A stretch of 64,000 nt of DNA from Paraspadella gotoi. Taxonomy: Eukaryota > Animalia > Chaetognatha. The translations under genes and the position numbers were made by a program. A model generated the notes under the pieces. That model was not told the DNA's origin. It did not search any database and saw only the letters and a list, made by a program, of their open reading frames with translations. The stretch lies in NCBI GenBank assembly GCA_051294375.1, contig CM119268.1, positions 5,768,147 to 5,832,146 of the forward strand, written 5' to 3'. Below are positions 38,870-54,202 of this stretch, one piece after another (position 1 is the first letter of the stretch; each line of letters starts with the position of its first letter).

Positions 38870-39400
38870 TCTCTCTTTTATTTTTCTCTTCTTTTTATGT
38901 ATCTCTTCTTCTCTATATCTCTTTCTATCTATTTCTCTCTTCTTTTTATGTATCTCTTCTTCTCTATATCTCTTCCTATCTGTTTCTCTCGTCTTTTTAT
39001 GTATATCTTCTTCTCTATATCTCTTCCTATCTATTTCTCTCTTCTTTTTTTCTCTTCTTTTTATGTATCTCTTCTTCTCTATATCTCTTCCTATCTATTT
39101 CTCTCTTCTTTTTTTCTCTTCTTTTTATGTATCTCTTCTTCTCTATATCTCTTCCTATCTATTTCTCTATTCTTTTTACGTATCTCTTCTTCTCTATATC
39201 TCTTCCTGTCTATTTCTCTCTTCTCTTTTTCTCTTCTTTTTATGTATCTTTTATTCTCTATATCTCTTCCTATCTATTTCTCTCTTCTTTTTTATATCTT
39301 TTCCTCTCTGTATCTCTTCCTATCTATATCTCTCTTCTCTTTTTCTCTTCTTTTTATATATATCTTCTTCTCTATATCTCTTTATCTCTTTCTTTCTTTT
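38870..39400. repeat. Pyrimidine-rich minisatellite (core TTTTATGTATCTCTTCTTCTCTATATCTCTTCCTATCTATTTCTCTC)
   Basis: About ten degenerate copies. Confidence 0.85.
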
Positions 39401-39942
39401 TTCTCAATATTTACGAGAGAGGCTTAATTAAAAGAAACTGTTTTTCTTATGAAGGACGTTTTATTTTTAATGTCACCAAGAAAAAATAATTAATGAATGA
39501 CGGTAGAGAAAAAAAGACTATGGCCGATGGGAAAAATTTCTTAAAATTAGAGATTAGATTAGATTAGATTAGATTAGATTAGATTAGATTATATCAGATC
39601 AGAATTAATACTCGTGCAAGCTTGAAACAAGTTGCTATTTGTTCGAAAAGAGGTACATATATATGTATGATATAATACAAAAATATTCACCAAGTCACGT
39701 TAAATAGCCAATTCTCTCGCCCGGTGATCATAAACAACCAAACACAATTACTATATTTCTTAGCGTTAGTTTAGGATGGGATGACTGGGACTATTGGCCA
39801 CTGGCTACCGAGTGGCCTTTAGCCAGAGGCTTCTAGTCAGTGTCCTTGGCTCAACTATGGGGTTCGGGAAAACGACGCAAAGATGAGACCTAATTTTCAG
39901 GGCAATTTACCGGGTCAATCAGGTGCTCTCTCTCTCTCTCGC

Positions 39943-39987
<45 letters not shown>

Positions 39988-40779
39988 TTTTATAATTTAC
40001 TGTATATGAATAACTCGATTTACTTTGATTAATTTTTGTGTTTATTTTTCTTTGTTTGTTTATTGTTAGTTGCGCCACGAATACTCGCGGATCAACTTTA
40101 AATGTCACTTTTCGGTCGGTCTGTCTGTCTGTCGGGCGGGAGGTATGCCTGTCAGTCGGTCTGTCCTACTTATGTTCAAAATTCACATAGTTTACCTATA
40201 GTTAGTTTGTTAAGACGGAAAAAACTTAAAATCTAAGGGACTGCTAGCGACGCCTTCAGGAAATCCTAGAACTACAAAAAACAAAAAAAAAGAATTCCGA
40301 TGCAGTGCGTGTCATAAAAACACAGGCTAAGAAATTTATTGTAGTCATGTCATGTCGCGTCATGTCATGTCACGTCATGTCATTTCACGAGAAATACACG
40401 TGAAAATAAAGTATCTCCGGGCAATACATTGGATGAACCAATCTTGTTTTTTATTTAGTTTTTACTTTTGTTCAGTTTTTTTCTTTCTACCAATTTTCAT
40501 TTTCCCTCGACTAGGAGGATCAGGCGCTGATGCCACGCCTGTAACGAGAAGGAGTCGCCTGCCAAGTCAATTTAAGTCTAGACTGGACGACGACGACGAC
40601 GATAACGACGACGACAATGACGACGATGATGACGATGATAACTACGACCTCATTTAAAAGTCGTGGCGCTGTTTGCCACTTGTTTTAGAGAAACATCCTT
40701 TTTTCCAGATTTGTTCGTTTTTCTTTTTTGTTTTTTTGTTTCGTAAGATTATATGGAAGAACATTCTTGGAAACATTTT

Positions 40780-40972
40780 ACCACTTCATTGATAGGGAAG
40801 CCAGGTACTCTGGGAGTGAATAAACAAGACTGTGAGAGAGTCTTGATTGAAAGCTTGCGGGGACCTGCTATGTTATTATCTTAAAACACCAAAGCCTGTC
40901 CAAAGCCAGGGGCACGATAGCTTACTTATTAAATCAATGGATAATTTTGGTGTTGGTTGTACTAATTTCATA
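40780..40972 (+). mobile_element. Partial copy of the same element family
   Basis: ACCACTTCATTGATAGGGAAGCCAGGTACTCTG matches 8711-8742; the 3' end GATAGCTTACTTATTAAAT...TTGGTTGTACTAATTTCATA matches the TIR. Confidence 0.6.
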
Positions 40973-41132
40973 GATTGTGTTCGTAATTTTTATGTATAAT
41001 TTAAACTTTTTTTACGTAAATTAAAATTAATTTCTTTCTCCTTATCTTCGTCTTTTAAATCCTCACTCCATCTATATCTACCTTTTTCACTTATCTGGGT
41101 TCTGGAGTGGCCAAAGGCAAAGGTAAAAATTG

Positions 41133-41170
<38 letters not shown>

Positions 41171-41339
41171 TCTCTTCCTCTCTACTCTCTCTCTTCCATT
41201 TGAAAAAAGACTTAGAGAAAAAGGAACCAAAAGAAATTCTCATCCTTTAAAGACTGAATACCTTGGGAATTGAGTCAAGGACAAAAACTGGAAAAGATAG
41301 AGAAACTAAAAGAAAAAGATGGAAAGAGAGAGCGAGAAA

Positions 41340-41374
<35 letters not shown>

Positions 41375-41624
41375 TCTCTCTCATCTTCCTCTCCTCTCTA
41401 GTCTCTTTACTCTCTCTTTCTTTCTGCTATCCTCTTCACACTGTTATCCTCTCTCTCTCTCTTCTCTCTCTCTCTTCTCTCTCTCCTTCTCTCTCTTCTC
41501 CCAGTCTCTTTATCTCTCTCTTCTTATCTCTTCTGTACTCTATCTCTTCTCTCTCCTCTTCTCTCATCTCTCTATCTCCTATTCTCTAACTCTCTCTTTC
41601 TCATCTCTCTCTCTTTTCACAATG

Positions 41625-41672
<48 letters not shown>

Positions 41673-41892
41673 TTTTTCTCGCTCTCTCTTTCCATCTTTT
41701 TTCTTTTATAGTTCTTCTCTATTTCTTCCTTCCTTTAGTTTTTTTGTTCCCTTGACTCAATTCCCAAGGTATTTCAGTTCTTAAAGGATGGAGAATTTCT
41801 TTTGGTTTCCTTTTCTCTTCTAAGTCTTTATTTTTCAAAAAAGAACGAAAGAGTAATGGAAGAGAGAGAGAGAGAGAGAAGAGGAGAGAGAA

Positions 41893-41927
<35 letters not shown>

Positions 41928-41993
41928 CAAGAGAGAGAGGGAGGAGAGGAGAGGTCACAATTTGAATANNNNNNNNNNNNNNNNNNNNNNNNN

Positions 41994-42027
<34 letters not shown>

Positions 42028-45000
42028 GAAAAGTGCTTCTAATCCCGCGAACTCAGTTTTCGTGACAGATTCATTTCCGAATTCAATCAAAGCTTCGGTT
42101 CCTTTCATTTTTGGAGGAGATGGAAACGTGGAAATGGCCAGAAGGAGAAAAAGAGAAAGGAAGGAGAAAAGAAAAATGAAGAGAGGAGAAGAAGGAGAAA
42201 AAAGGAGAGAAGAAAGACAAAGAGAGGAGGAAAAAGAGGAAGGAGAAAAGAAGAAAAGAGAATATAGAGAGAAGGAAAAGGAAGAAGAAAGGAAGGAGAA
42301 AAAAAGGAGAGAAGAAAAATGAAGAGAGGAAAAGAAAGAGACAAAAAGAGAGAAAAAAAATAATGAGGGAAAAAAGAAAAAAAGAGGAAGGAGAGAAGGA
42401 GAGAAGAAGGAAAAAAAAGAAGGATAGAAGGAGAAAAGAAGGTGAAAATAAAAGAATTAGAAAGAGAGAAGGTGGAAAAAAGAAAGAAAAAAAGGAGAGA
42501 GCAAAAATAGGAAAGAGAGAAAGAAAATTAGAAAGGAATGAGAGTAGAAAAAAGAAGTAAAGAGAGGTAGGNNNNNNNNNNNNNNNNNNNNNNNNNTGAG
42601 GAACAGATAGTAAACAAAAAACAGAAAAATCTGTGAAAGAGAGAAGAGAGCGTTATACGCAGAGGAAAGAAATAACCAGAGAAAGAGAGAATATGACGTA
42701 AGGAAAAAATGATAACGAGATATTTGTGGTGTCTGTTTCTGAGGAATAGTTTGGCTCTAAAAATATAAAGATAACACAAAATTATTAAAGGGAAATTCGA
42801 TCTTTAAAAGTTTTCTGTACGCAGTGAAAATTCATGACATACTGTTTTTAAAAACTAAGGAAGTGTAAATGGAGATTAGTAAATTTGGATAAGCATCGAA
42901 GAAATCTTGTCCTTAAAGACCCACGGTATTTTACTCATAGAATTTTATCTAGACGTTACAATGTCATAAGAGGAAGATAACTATAGCCTACGTTTTTTTA
43001 AAATGAAGAAAGATTCATACTAGCCAATGAGATCATCAGAGATGAACAGTAAATTAAGTCAGATTCCAATGTGACTAGAAGAGAGTCTGATTGTAGGCCG
43101 GAAGCGCATAAAAAAATTAATAGATCTCTAAATGAAATTGAATACGTACTTTCGAAAGTAAATAGGAGTATTATTGAACTCATATTTGGCATTCTTGTTC
43201 CGAGCGCGGCCGATACGTCGTCGTGCGTCGTCTCGTCGTCGTAGTGATTTCACCCAATCGTCGTTTTTATCGTCGGTTTTTTGCATTTAGTCGAGTTGAG
43301 GTAAGGCGGTTTATCGAATTATGCTGAGGGATTCGAGTTGAGGTCGAAAAAATGAGTGCAAAGAGTTTAAGTATGAACTACCGCCAGTCTCTAGAGAGAG
43401 AAGAGAAGTGAAGAGAAGAGCTATCGTAATCAATCGACTTGTACTCTACGTCTCTATCTTCTCTCTCCTCTATCTATGCTTTTTCACTCATCGAGCATGT
43501 ATCGCTACTCATCTCTCTCTCTCTGCATGTCATGATCTCTCTTACTCTTCTCTCTCTCTCATCTCTCTGCTCTACTACGTCAGTCTTCATCGATCTCTCG
43601 TACGAAGCTACGAGAGTTACTGCAGTCTATGATGCACTAATCCTTCTCCTCTCTCTCGTATCTATGAAGAGTACAAAGCGGAACAATCTATCATGCCACT
43701 CCTTCCATCATTCTGTGGTACATTTATCTATCATCTATCTAACTCTATCTTATACCTCATCTTATACTCCATCCGTCGAGATGTGAGTATTCAAGCACCA
43801 TACTGAGACAAGTTATTTGATCCCAGTATCTGCACACGCTCGCCAGACGAATGAATCGAGAGGAGAGTGTCACATAATGAGCAGCGAAGGAAAAAAGCGC
43901 AGAGAGTGCTATGCAGAGCTATGAGATCATAGTTAGAAGAGAAAGAAAAGAAAGAAAGAAAGAACAAAGAGGAAAGAAAGAAAGAAAGAAAGAAAGAAAG
44001 AAGAAAGAAGGAAGGAAGGAGAGAGAAAGGAGAGAGAGAGGAGAAGGAAAAGGAAGGAGAGCAGAGAGAAAGGTAAGCCACACATCGACCAGGCACACAG
44101 AGAGTCACGCGAAAGGCAAGTCACAGTCGTCAAACGTCTCCAACGATACACGGCGCTCCGAACTGTCGGGGAACTTTTCTAATCATACTGTGCGCCACTC
44201 GCCGAATCATTACTTCTCTTGCGATCTACGAAGCGACAATTTTCTATCTCTGCGACGCGACCCGAATTTAGCGGTAGGACAAGAGGAGGAGGAATCTCAG
44301 TCTAGAGCAGGACGGTGGGCGTGGCAACCTAAGAAGCGAATGGGTATGAGGTGAGAAAAGAACGAGTGGGCGGGGCGCGATAAATGTAACAAAAGCGATC
44401 AAAAATTCTCACCTAAACCCTTTTTTTCCCTCTCGTGCTGAGTGAATCGAGAGAAAAAAAGAGTTAAGAAAAAGGATGCTTACAAACATTTGCTCGTGGA
44501 TAAGAGAGGGAAGGGTGTAATAGAAATAACGCGTCCACTTAATTTTTGATTTTCCAGGTACTTTATGTATTTAGTGCTTTGACACTCCTCTTTCTTGTTA
44601 TTTGTACTACAAATGATAACAATGTAACAATTAGTTAACATTAGAAACAATCTATCAGATCAGGCAGGTTTTTTGTTAGGTCACTTTTGCGCCACAACTA
44701 TGTTAACTCACCAGATATGTAAGCCGCTACACACTTTTCTACGCGTGCCCACAGCCAACGTGCTTAAGTTTCCCGTGATAAACCACCAAGGCAAACGGCT
44801 GAGTTCCGCTTCCACAAGGGTCCACGCGTGTGATTTCATTTCCCTCGCGCGGTCGCCGTTCGATCACGAGAAGTACCAGATGAGGGCGCGTGGTTCCGGT
44901 GGCGTCGCGTTGGCGTCACGTCACACTGAAGATATTGCGTGCGTCACGTCACGTGGACTCAGCACAGCCTTCGTTGTCAATCGTCGTCCGATCGGATCGC

Positions 45001-48000
45001 CCGTCTAGTTATCTCAGTCGTACCGTGAATTCAATTTTTTCATTCTTTAAGTTAAAGTTAACTAAAAAACATGAAAAAATATTCACTATATAATATTTTA
45101 AAATTTTTTAAGACGATTACAAATTAAGAGTAGGCTTTTTATGGTAATTTACTATGATTCTTCTTTAACAGGGAAAGCTTTGCTTTCCAAGCTTGATCGA
45201 AGAATTATCCATCGATTTATCACGGTGCTTGTTAATTTAAGCTTTAGGTTAAAACGTCACACCTTTTAATTGCGACGCTAATTTAATACTTCTTGGCCCC
45301 GCTGCTTATGCCGAAAAAATTGGCGCCTAAAAAACACCAACTGCATCGATCCTAGTATCACGACGATCGAAAGCGACGACGGAGAGATGAGAAGACAGAC
45401 ATGTAGACGCTCTGAGTTATCCTATTTAATTGATCTCCAGACAAGAAAAATTCTATGCTTTCAAGGTAATTCATTCTCAGTCTGCGATATCTTCAAGGCT
45501 TCCTCAACTCACCAAATTCGGATGTTGACCAAAAACCATCAGTTACAGAACCTGCACATACACTCATAAGAAAAAAAAGAAAATCAATCAAATAACACAC
45601 CATCGCTTTGGGAACTAATCGGCGATCAATCCATTCTTCTCTGTCTCATCTTTCACTGTTTCTAACCTCGTGCGGTTACGTCAATTCTCGTGGATCATCT
45701 TTACTAGTATTCTGCGAGTCTGAGAATGAGAGCGCTCATTCGCGTAAATTATCTTATATACATAGAGCACATTACTTCAAAGATTTTATGTCAATATATT
45801 CCTATTACATATTCTACATACTATTTGTGAACTACAAATATAATATGTTGTGTTTAATATTCTTCTATATAGTTCTTCTTATTATATGTCCAATACGCTA
45901 GATCGTTATTTAGAACGCACAAAACTCGCTCTACCCTCCACCTGAAGGTCAAATAACACAACTAGGTAACTACGATATTCCGAGTTTCAGATTTACCAAT
46001 TGGCTTCGTAATATTACAAACTCTACTTGTCTTTCAGGTAAATTAGCACGCTCACAGCCTTGTCTGTCTCACATCGCAGAACACTATCTCTTTCTGAGCC
46101 TTCAACATTATCCTCGCTCCCTTTCTTTTTTACTTCTTTCAACATTCGGAGTTTAACTTCTTCTCTTGACTGCCTCATTCAAAACGTCTCTCTCATACAC
46201 GTTTTCTCTCAGTGCTCATTGTCACATCGTCACAATCTCAATCCTCAATCTCGATATCTCACGTCTCTCCTCCTACTTGCTTGCATCTATAAGCTAGTTT
46301 TCATAGACTTTCAAGATGAAATTTATGCCAAAAAAAATCTATTGCGAGTAGTAATCTTTTGGGTCAAAGAGAAATTGTACCCGGCCGAGATTTAAAACGT
46401 CGTTAAAATTCTCCGGGAAACTTTTTCGAGGTTTTTTTTTCTCTTTTTTTTAGACTTTTAAATTATTTCGCGCTAAAATCAGGAGTAAAATGTGCGTGAA
46501 AGTTATAAAGATTACTATAAAATGACCTCTCTGAGAGACATTACAAACGAAAGACATTACTACTTCTCTCTTCGATCTCACTAATATGAAAAGGTTTGAA
46601 CACACGTACGATCCCGCCCCTGTCATTTTTCGCGCGTACTCCCCGAAAATCGTCATGACGTCTCTACGTCTATCCCTGCATCTCTTATTCCACTCGCGTA
46701 CATCTTCCTCCACAGTTCAATACACATCTCCAAAAATTTAACACGGTTCATCCTAAATTCTCTTCGAATCCATTACATTTGTCATTCTCTTAACTATACC
46801 ATTTACACATAACGCGGAGCTACTTGCGCCTTTTTTTTTTCCTCTACAATCAATCTTCAACCTGCTCTCCAGATCTCTCGCATATTCTGACCTCTCTCTT
46901 AGTCTCCTCTACTGAATGATCAACGTCCGCTTATCGCGTGAAAATCATCAACGAATCTCGTCTCTCCTCTCTAACTATTACCAATATCTCACCAATATAT
47001 CCGAATCACGGTCCAACATATATCTCTCGCAGAAAATTATTCAAATCAGAAAAACCGGAAAAACAAAAAGGAACAAAGAAACCCAGTTTTTTCACTCGCG
47101 GGGTAATAGCCTTAGCACTTTCAGATTTTGCTCCCTCTATCTTCACGTCATTTCATTGCTGCCCTATCTAGCAACAATGCAAAACTTTCCCTCAACCCAA
47201 ATCAACGTCCTCCCCCGCCCTCACCCTTCATCGCCCCACCCACGAAGACCCAATGCTTCTTCCTCTGGGCCCTCATAACACATTTATCATCTCAGTCACT
47301 TCTTCACTTTTATCTCCGTACTGTATCGACAACTTCTCCGACCCGAGAGAAGGAATTCCTCGAATTTACTTCGCAGCCGAGACGAAGGCTGTATATAGAA
47401 GGATCGAGCGCGAGGTGTTTACCGGGTGATGGTTTGGGAAACCGAAGTGAAAGATTGTACAGGGTGTTCGACGGATGAATGAGCTCACGAAAGGTTTACT
47501 GTAAATACCAGCTAAAACCGCATGTTAAACAGAACAGAACTAATTTAACTGTTAACCTATCTTACTTTAGCAAATAAGAAGAATCCTTAACCTGCGCCTT
47601 ATCCTACTGGTACTTCTTGTTTCAGACAAGTGCGTCAAGCTGAGATGATAGTAGATCCTAGACCAATTTCACGAGATCCTCACAACACCCATACTTGCAG
47701 CGCCTCATCCATACCTCCAACCCATGAACCCACCCCGTTGCGCAGCCGATCCCATTCAAAAAACATCACTCGATCCTAACAAACCTCGCAGAATTAAGCA
47801 GACTCAACTCGTTTTTTCATCTGTACTACCCATTAGAGATTGTAAATAATTACAGAGTATCGTGTTCAGTAAAGTATAAAAGTAATTTATCTTTTTTTGT
47901 GTAATTGATTCTGCGATAATAAATATCAGTTCGGCAAAAATTACTTTCGTTCTTCCCATACTCTTTAGACTCCCTCCGCCTTAAAATAAAATCATCGCCT

Positions 48001-49739
48001 CAATTTGCCTTTCTTTTCCTCTTGTCTCCTTCTAAAACTCATCTCTCATTGTTCTTGAACTCATTTCTTAAAAACCTCCCCCCTTTCTCTTCACTCTTTC
48101 TTCCATCTCTGTTCTTACTATCTCACAATTGCACATCATCACTACAGCACTCTACATTTACACTTGACACGTATCTTTAAAAATAAAGAGAAGACTATTC
48201 TCAAGTAATCTTATTGCAGATTGGAAAATAGCCGAATTCTCTTTTCAGTCCAATGGGTGCTCTTTTTTCTTGGCCAACGTGAGAGGTGCCCGACATTAAG
48301 GTGACGAAAGCGTTGACACGGGTGAAGGTCATCGTGCTCAATGATTTTCTCCAACCATCTTTGCTTAAAAGATCGGCCTCCCTCTCTTTCCTTTCTTTTC
48401 TTCTTTTCTTACTCATTTCCCTTGCTCTTATATCCTTTATTTTTTTATGGCTCACCTTCTTTCCACCTTTCCTCTTCCTTATCAAACTCACGTTTCAGGT
48501 CCGTCTTCTTCTTACTTATTTTCTCTTCCTCTCTTTTTAATCTTTCCTCCCCCTATTTCATCTCTCTCCCATTTCTTCCATCTTTCTTCGTCTTTTCCCT
48601 TTTTCTATCCCTTCTTCTCTCTATTCTTTTTTCCTTCTTTTTCTTTTCTTCTTCCCCTCCTCATCCTCTTTTCCTTCTTTTCCTTCTTTTCTCACTACCC
48701 CGCCTTCTTATTACTTTTTTTGAATAGGAGAAGAAGGGAATAGAAAAAAAAGGGGAAAAAAGACGAAGAAAAGAGGAAAGAAATAGGGAGGAGAGATGAA
48801 ATAGAGAGGGAGGAAAGAGAAAAGAAAGAGGGAGGAAAGAGGAAATAGAGGAAAGAGGAAAGAAGAAACGGACCTTGACGTGTTAGTTTGGATAAGGAAG
48901 AGGAAAAGTGAACAGAAGGTCGAGCCATAAAAACAATAAAGGATAAAGAGCAACGGGAAATTGAGTAAGAAAAAGATAGAAAAGAAGGAAGAGAGGAGGC
49001 CACATTCTTTTTAAGCGAAAGATGAGTTGAGAAAATCATTGAGCACGATGACCTTTTTCACCGGTCGCCTTTCGTCACCTTAATTCCGGGACCCCCATCT
49101 CACTTGGCCAAGAAAAAAGAGCACCCATTGGCTGAAAAGAGAATTCGGCATTTTCCAATTCTTGCAAATAAGATTACTTGAGGAAGTAGAAACGAGAAAC
49201 GATTCATATTAAATCTTTTCATTTTCAATTGTAATAAACAAGTAAAGTACATAGATGAGTAAGATGGGAAAAATGAAAGGCAAAATAAGATGGACAAGTG
49301 CCTCCGTAAAGAAAAAAATATTTTAACTTCGCCATTTTTTTAATTAGGATAAATAAAAAAAAACGCTTATTGCTATCGGAGTTGTTGTTGTCGGTGTTCA
49401 TGTTGTGGTTCGTCGTTTGTGGTCGTTCCAATTGTGGCCGTCGTTGTGCGTCGTTATTGTTCGTCGTCGTTCGTGTAGGCTGTCGTGGAGAGAGAGAGAG
49501 AGGAAGAGGAGAGAGAGGATGGAGATAGAGATGGAGAGAGGAGAGAGAGGGAGGAGAGAGGAGGACGAGAGACGAGAGACGATCGATAGAGGAGAGAAGA
49601 GACGAGACACCGAGAGACCGAGAGAGCAGGCGAGGAGAGACGAACGAGACGGACGGCAGAGGAGACGAGAGCAAAGAGAGACGAGCGAGAGAGAGACGAG
49701 ACGAGAGTACGAGAGAGAGAGGACGACGAGAGAGAGGAA

Positions 49740-50565
49740 CGTCAGTCTTTTACTGCGAGGTCAAGATCTTATATATAGACATTTCCGGTAACCAATTTCT
49801 CTTTCGCACCCAAAGACCCAAGATTTTCATAAGTCACTCATATGAAATATTTATGCGCATGAGCTTATGGTATGTACATGACAAGAAACTTTAAGACGTT
49901 TTATGAGCATAAATTAAACTCCAAATTTGAAAAAAAGCGTAATGTTAGGCAAAGTATAGTTCTGCCTTAACACAATTTCTGCTATTTACCTGAAAACAAT
50001 TGAAATACGCCTATTATACATTAGTCCGACGAACAATTTTGTTTTAACGATATATGACATAAAAAGAGAGAAGAGAGAGAGAATAGAGAGAGGACGAGAA
50101 GAGGAGAGACGAGAGGAGGCGAATCGGAGAGACCGAGACGTGAGAGATGACAGAGAGCAGGAGAGAGAGAGACTCGAGAGAGTAGAGGAGAGAGAGATAC
50201 ATTTGAATGAAATGTTAGAAACAGAGCTTCATGGCCGATTCTCTCAGCGAGCGCGGGAATATAGAGAGAGAGGAGAGAGAGCAGAGATGAGAGAGAGAGA
50301 GAGAGAGATGAGAAGACAGAGAAGAGAGCAGAGAAAGAGAGAGAGACGATGAGACGAGAGAGAGATATTCGACGTGCTGTGATGGATTTCGCTCCTTTTC
50401 CTCTTCCTCTTCCCTTTCCCTTGCATAAACACTTGCTCTTCTTCTCTCATCCTCTTCCTCCTCATTCGTGCACGTGAATGCTTCAAACAGCGTTAGGTTT
50501 GAACATCAACGGCCTAAAGTTAGTGAAGCTTATGTGTTTGCGTTTCCAAATCTGTTTTGCTATAA

Positions 50566-50656
<91 letters not shown>

Positions 50657-51762
50657 ACAGCTTCAGCCGTCGAGTTCCGGTTCTAAGATTTTGTGATGCC
50701 TGATCCGGTTTTATGGTTTCGTTCGTCAACGTCATCGCGTCCTCGGTTGCCAAGCAACGGCCTCGTACGTCGGCGCTTCGTCATATGTTTTTTTATTCTC
50801 AGATTTCGTTCAACAAAGTTTACAAAGTTTACCTTTTTAGTACAGAATGCTGAAGGAATTATATTTATCACTTAGAATGAATTATAAAATTAAAAATTAT
50901 TTCGCTAAAATATAGTTTTCAATTTTTTGATAGTTAAATCTTTAAACTCTCATTAAAAAAATTTTAATTATCTTTCATCAGAGTCTTTCTTACCAGGATA
51001 AATTTTAAATTAAACTCAGGCAACCCTGGTTTGAAAAAATACTATTATTGAAGCTAATATAATAATACATAATNNNNNNNNNNNNNNNNNNNNNNNNNCT
51101 AAAGCGAACTTTCATAAATACAAATATTTTTGTTCAAAATTTAAGAAAAATTAAATGCGAAAGAAAAAATTCTTGAAAGATGCTTCTTAAAAAATTTCGA
51201 GCGTCATTCGATGCTTGGTTGAGAGAGAGAGACGAGATGGGAGGCGAGATCGGAAGAGACCGAGACGTGAGAGATTGACGAGAGAGCAGGAAGAAAGAGA
51301 AGAGAGGACGAGAGACAGAGAGAGCAGAGCAGAGAAGATACATTGAATGAAATGTTAGAACAGAGCTTCATGGCCGATTCTCTACAGCGAGCGCGGATAT
51401 AGAGAGAGAGAGAGGAGAGAGATGAGAGAGACGAGGAGACGATAGAGATCGAGAAGAGCCAGAGAAGAGATGCAGGAAAGAGAGAGAGAGACCGAGAGAC
51501 GAGAGAGAGATATTCGGACGTTCTGTGGATGGAATTCGCTCCTTTTCCTCTTCCTCTTCCCTTTCCTCCTTATGCATGAACACTTGCTCTTTCTTCTCTC
51601 ATCCTCTTCTTCCTCATTCTGCACGTGAATGCTTCAACAGGTTAGGTTTGAACATCAACGGCCTAAGTTAGTGAAGCCTTATGTTGTTGCCGTTTCCAAA
51701 TCTGCTTTGCTATAATTTGTTCCCTTTCTCTCTCTTCTCTTCTCTCCCTCTCTTCTCTCTCT

Positions 51763-51852
<90 letters not shown>

Positions 51853-54007
51853 ACAGCTTCAGCGTCGAGTTCCGGTTCTAAGATTTTTGATGCCTGATCC
51901 GGTTTTATGGTTTCGTCGTCAACGTCATCGCGTCCTCGGTTGCCAAGCAACGGCCTCGTACGTCGGCGCTTCGTCATATGTTTTTTATTCTCAGATTTCG
52001 TTCAACAAGTTCTACAAATGTTTACCTTTTTAGTACAGAATGCTGAGCGAATTAATTTATTCACTTAGAATGATAAATAAATTATTTGCTAAATATTATT
52101 TTCATTTTTGATTAAATCTTTAAACTCTAATTAAAAATTTTAATTATCTTTCATCAGGAGTCTTTCTTTACCAGATAAATTAAAAATTCATCTTCTCTCT
52201 TAATAAAATATAAAAAAAAAATATTTTTTTACTAATTTTCTAGCTTTTTTTAAATTAATTTTTGAATCTCTCTCTCTCTCTCGATTTAAACGAATAACTT
52301 CGTCAAAGCGAGTCAGTGATAATAGTGATATAAGTGATATAAGCGTCAGTGTGATAATCATGGAGAGAAGATCTACTGAAAGCGATAGAAAATGGTCGTC
52401 GAATCAAAGGCGATCCACGACCAGTTCCAGGTTGTGGTCCACGTTGGTGGTCGAAGTTGTGGGTAAAAAGAGAGAGAGAGAGAGACAGGCAGACAGACAG
52501 ATCTAGTCACAAAAAGAAATGATATACTATATAGAATAGAAAAAAATTAAAACGAAAGTAGTTTGAAATTGATAAGTGAATAAAAACGGGATCGATACGA
52601 GATACTTGACATTATTCGGAAGACAACACAAATATTCAGCAATATTTAGAACTTAGTATTTTATATTTAAACAATTTGACACGCTTTCGATCTTTTTGAT
52701 ATTTTAACTTCGAATGAACCGAAATCTAAGATATAAAAGGAATTAAATTATGAAATTAATGAAGTATAATCAGAATACGCGTCGTGAAACTTCCACGCGA
52801 TCTTTTGTTTTTCAAACTGCCCGTTTCCCTTGTCAAGTTTTTCTATCGACGATTCGGAGAAACGAACTTATTTCTCCGCTTGAGGTCAGCACGAGTCCGT
52901 CGCCGCAGAGTCTGGCTCCGGTTCGAGTCCAACTTTTGTTTGTCGACAGTCAGCCATGTTTGACCAACTTTTTACTCTTTCTGCTTTTTATTTTTTTGAG
53001 CGAATTTGAAAATTCTTCGCTGTTTTGATTCGATTTGCCAGAAGAAAACAAAAACCAAAAACAAAAAAATAAAAACGAAACAAGTATATAAAATGAATTA
53101 CTAGTCAATGAAATAAGACTGAAAATTCAAAAAACAATGTATTTCGAATTCTCAGCGAAACTTTTTTTTTTTCATTCCGTTGAAAAACTTTTAAAATAAA
53201 ATCTCAAATGAATTTAATATCTAAGTCGATTTTCTCAAACCGGTTCGATCGTTGAATAAATTACGCTCGTTAATTTATTTATTTCTTTAAATTATACCTA
53301 GCCAGAAATTAAGGCTATTTTTACAACACTTCTCTACTGATTTGATCTCTCAACAAATAAGGTTGGCTGTCGAGACGGATTGTATACTTGTGTGAAAGGT
53401 GAGAGGTGGGCCAGTGTGGGCGAGTGTGCGCTCGTGTGCCTCGACTGTGAGATTTCTGTTTTCTTGAATCTGGTTCGTTATGATAAATATTGTAATAAGT
53501 TGATAAACAACGTATGACGAGAAAAGTCTTACGATTTTACATTAGCTTCTATTGCTTGAAAAGACTTAATAACGTATGTATTAGGATGAGTAAAATAACA
53601 TTTAGGAATAATAACTTTAAATAATAAATGTGTTGTTAATTGTTAATTTCAAAAATAAATACGAAACAATTTGAGATAATTTTTTTATAGGGCCACAAAT
53701 TTTTCGCACTTGATCACTTGATTCAATAATAATATTATTATTATTTTTATATTATTATTTTCATTATTATTATCTGTATTACTACTATTATTATTATTAT
53801 AATTATTATTGATATTGTCATTATTATTTTTTTTATTATTTATTTATTTATTTATTTACTTAATAATGCTTAACTAGTTAAAAAGGTTGGAAAATGAAAA
53901 ATGAGGAGAGAAGAGATGAATAAAAAAATTGAGAAAAAGAAAAGAGCGAAACAAGGGAAAACGGAAAGGGAGGGAGAGAGAGAGAGAGAGAGAGAGAATA
54001 GAGAGAG

Positions 54008-54067
<60 letters not shown>

Positions 54068-54168
54068 TCACTTGTCGCGCGATGGTGCTGAGTCGACAGA
54101 ATGACGATCATCCTCTTTCGCTGGCAGATGGGATAATTGATGGTGTGTAAGGGGAATTTAAAAGAGAG

Positions 54169-54202
<34 letters not shown>

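Noticed and set aside
41128-41965. Inverted repeat around a GA/CT tract
   Set aside because: Indel-noisy arms ending at an N gap; cannot be distinguished from an artefact.
42780-48190. Possible gene remnants in unique-looking sequence
   Set aside because: Sequence quality appears too poor; no domain or consistent splice pattern could be read.
48195-49195. ~1-kb inverted repeat containing a CCAAT-like island
   Set aside because: Arms differ by heavy indel noise and a third noisy copy lies at ~56400-56620; looks like a fold-back read artefact.
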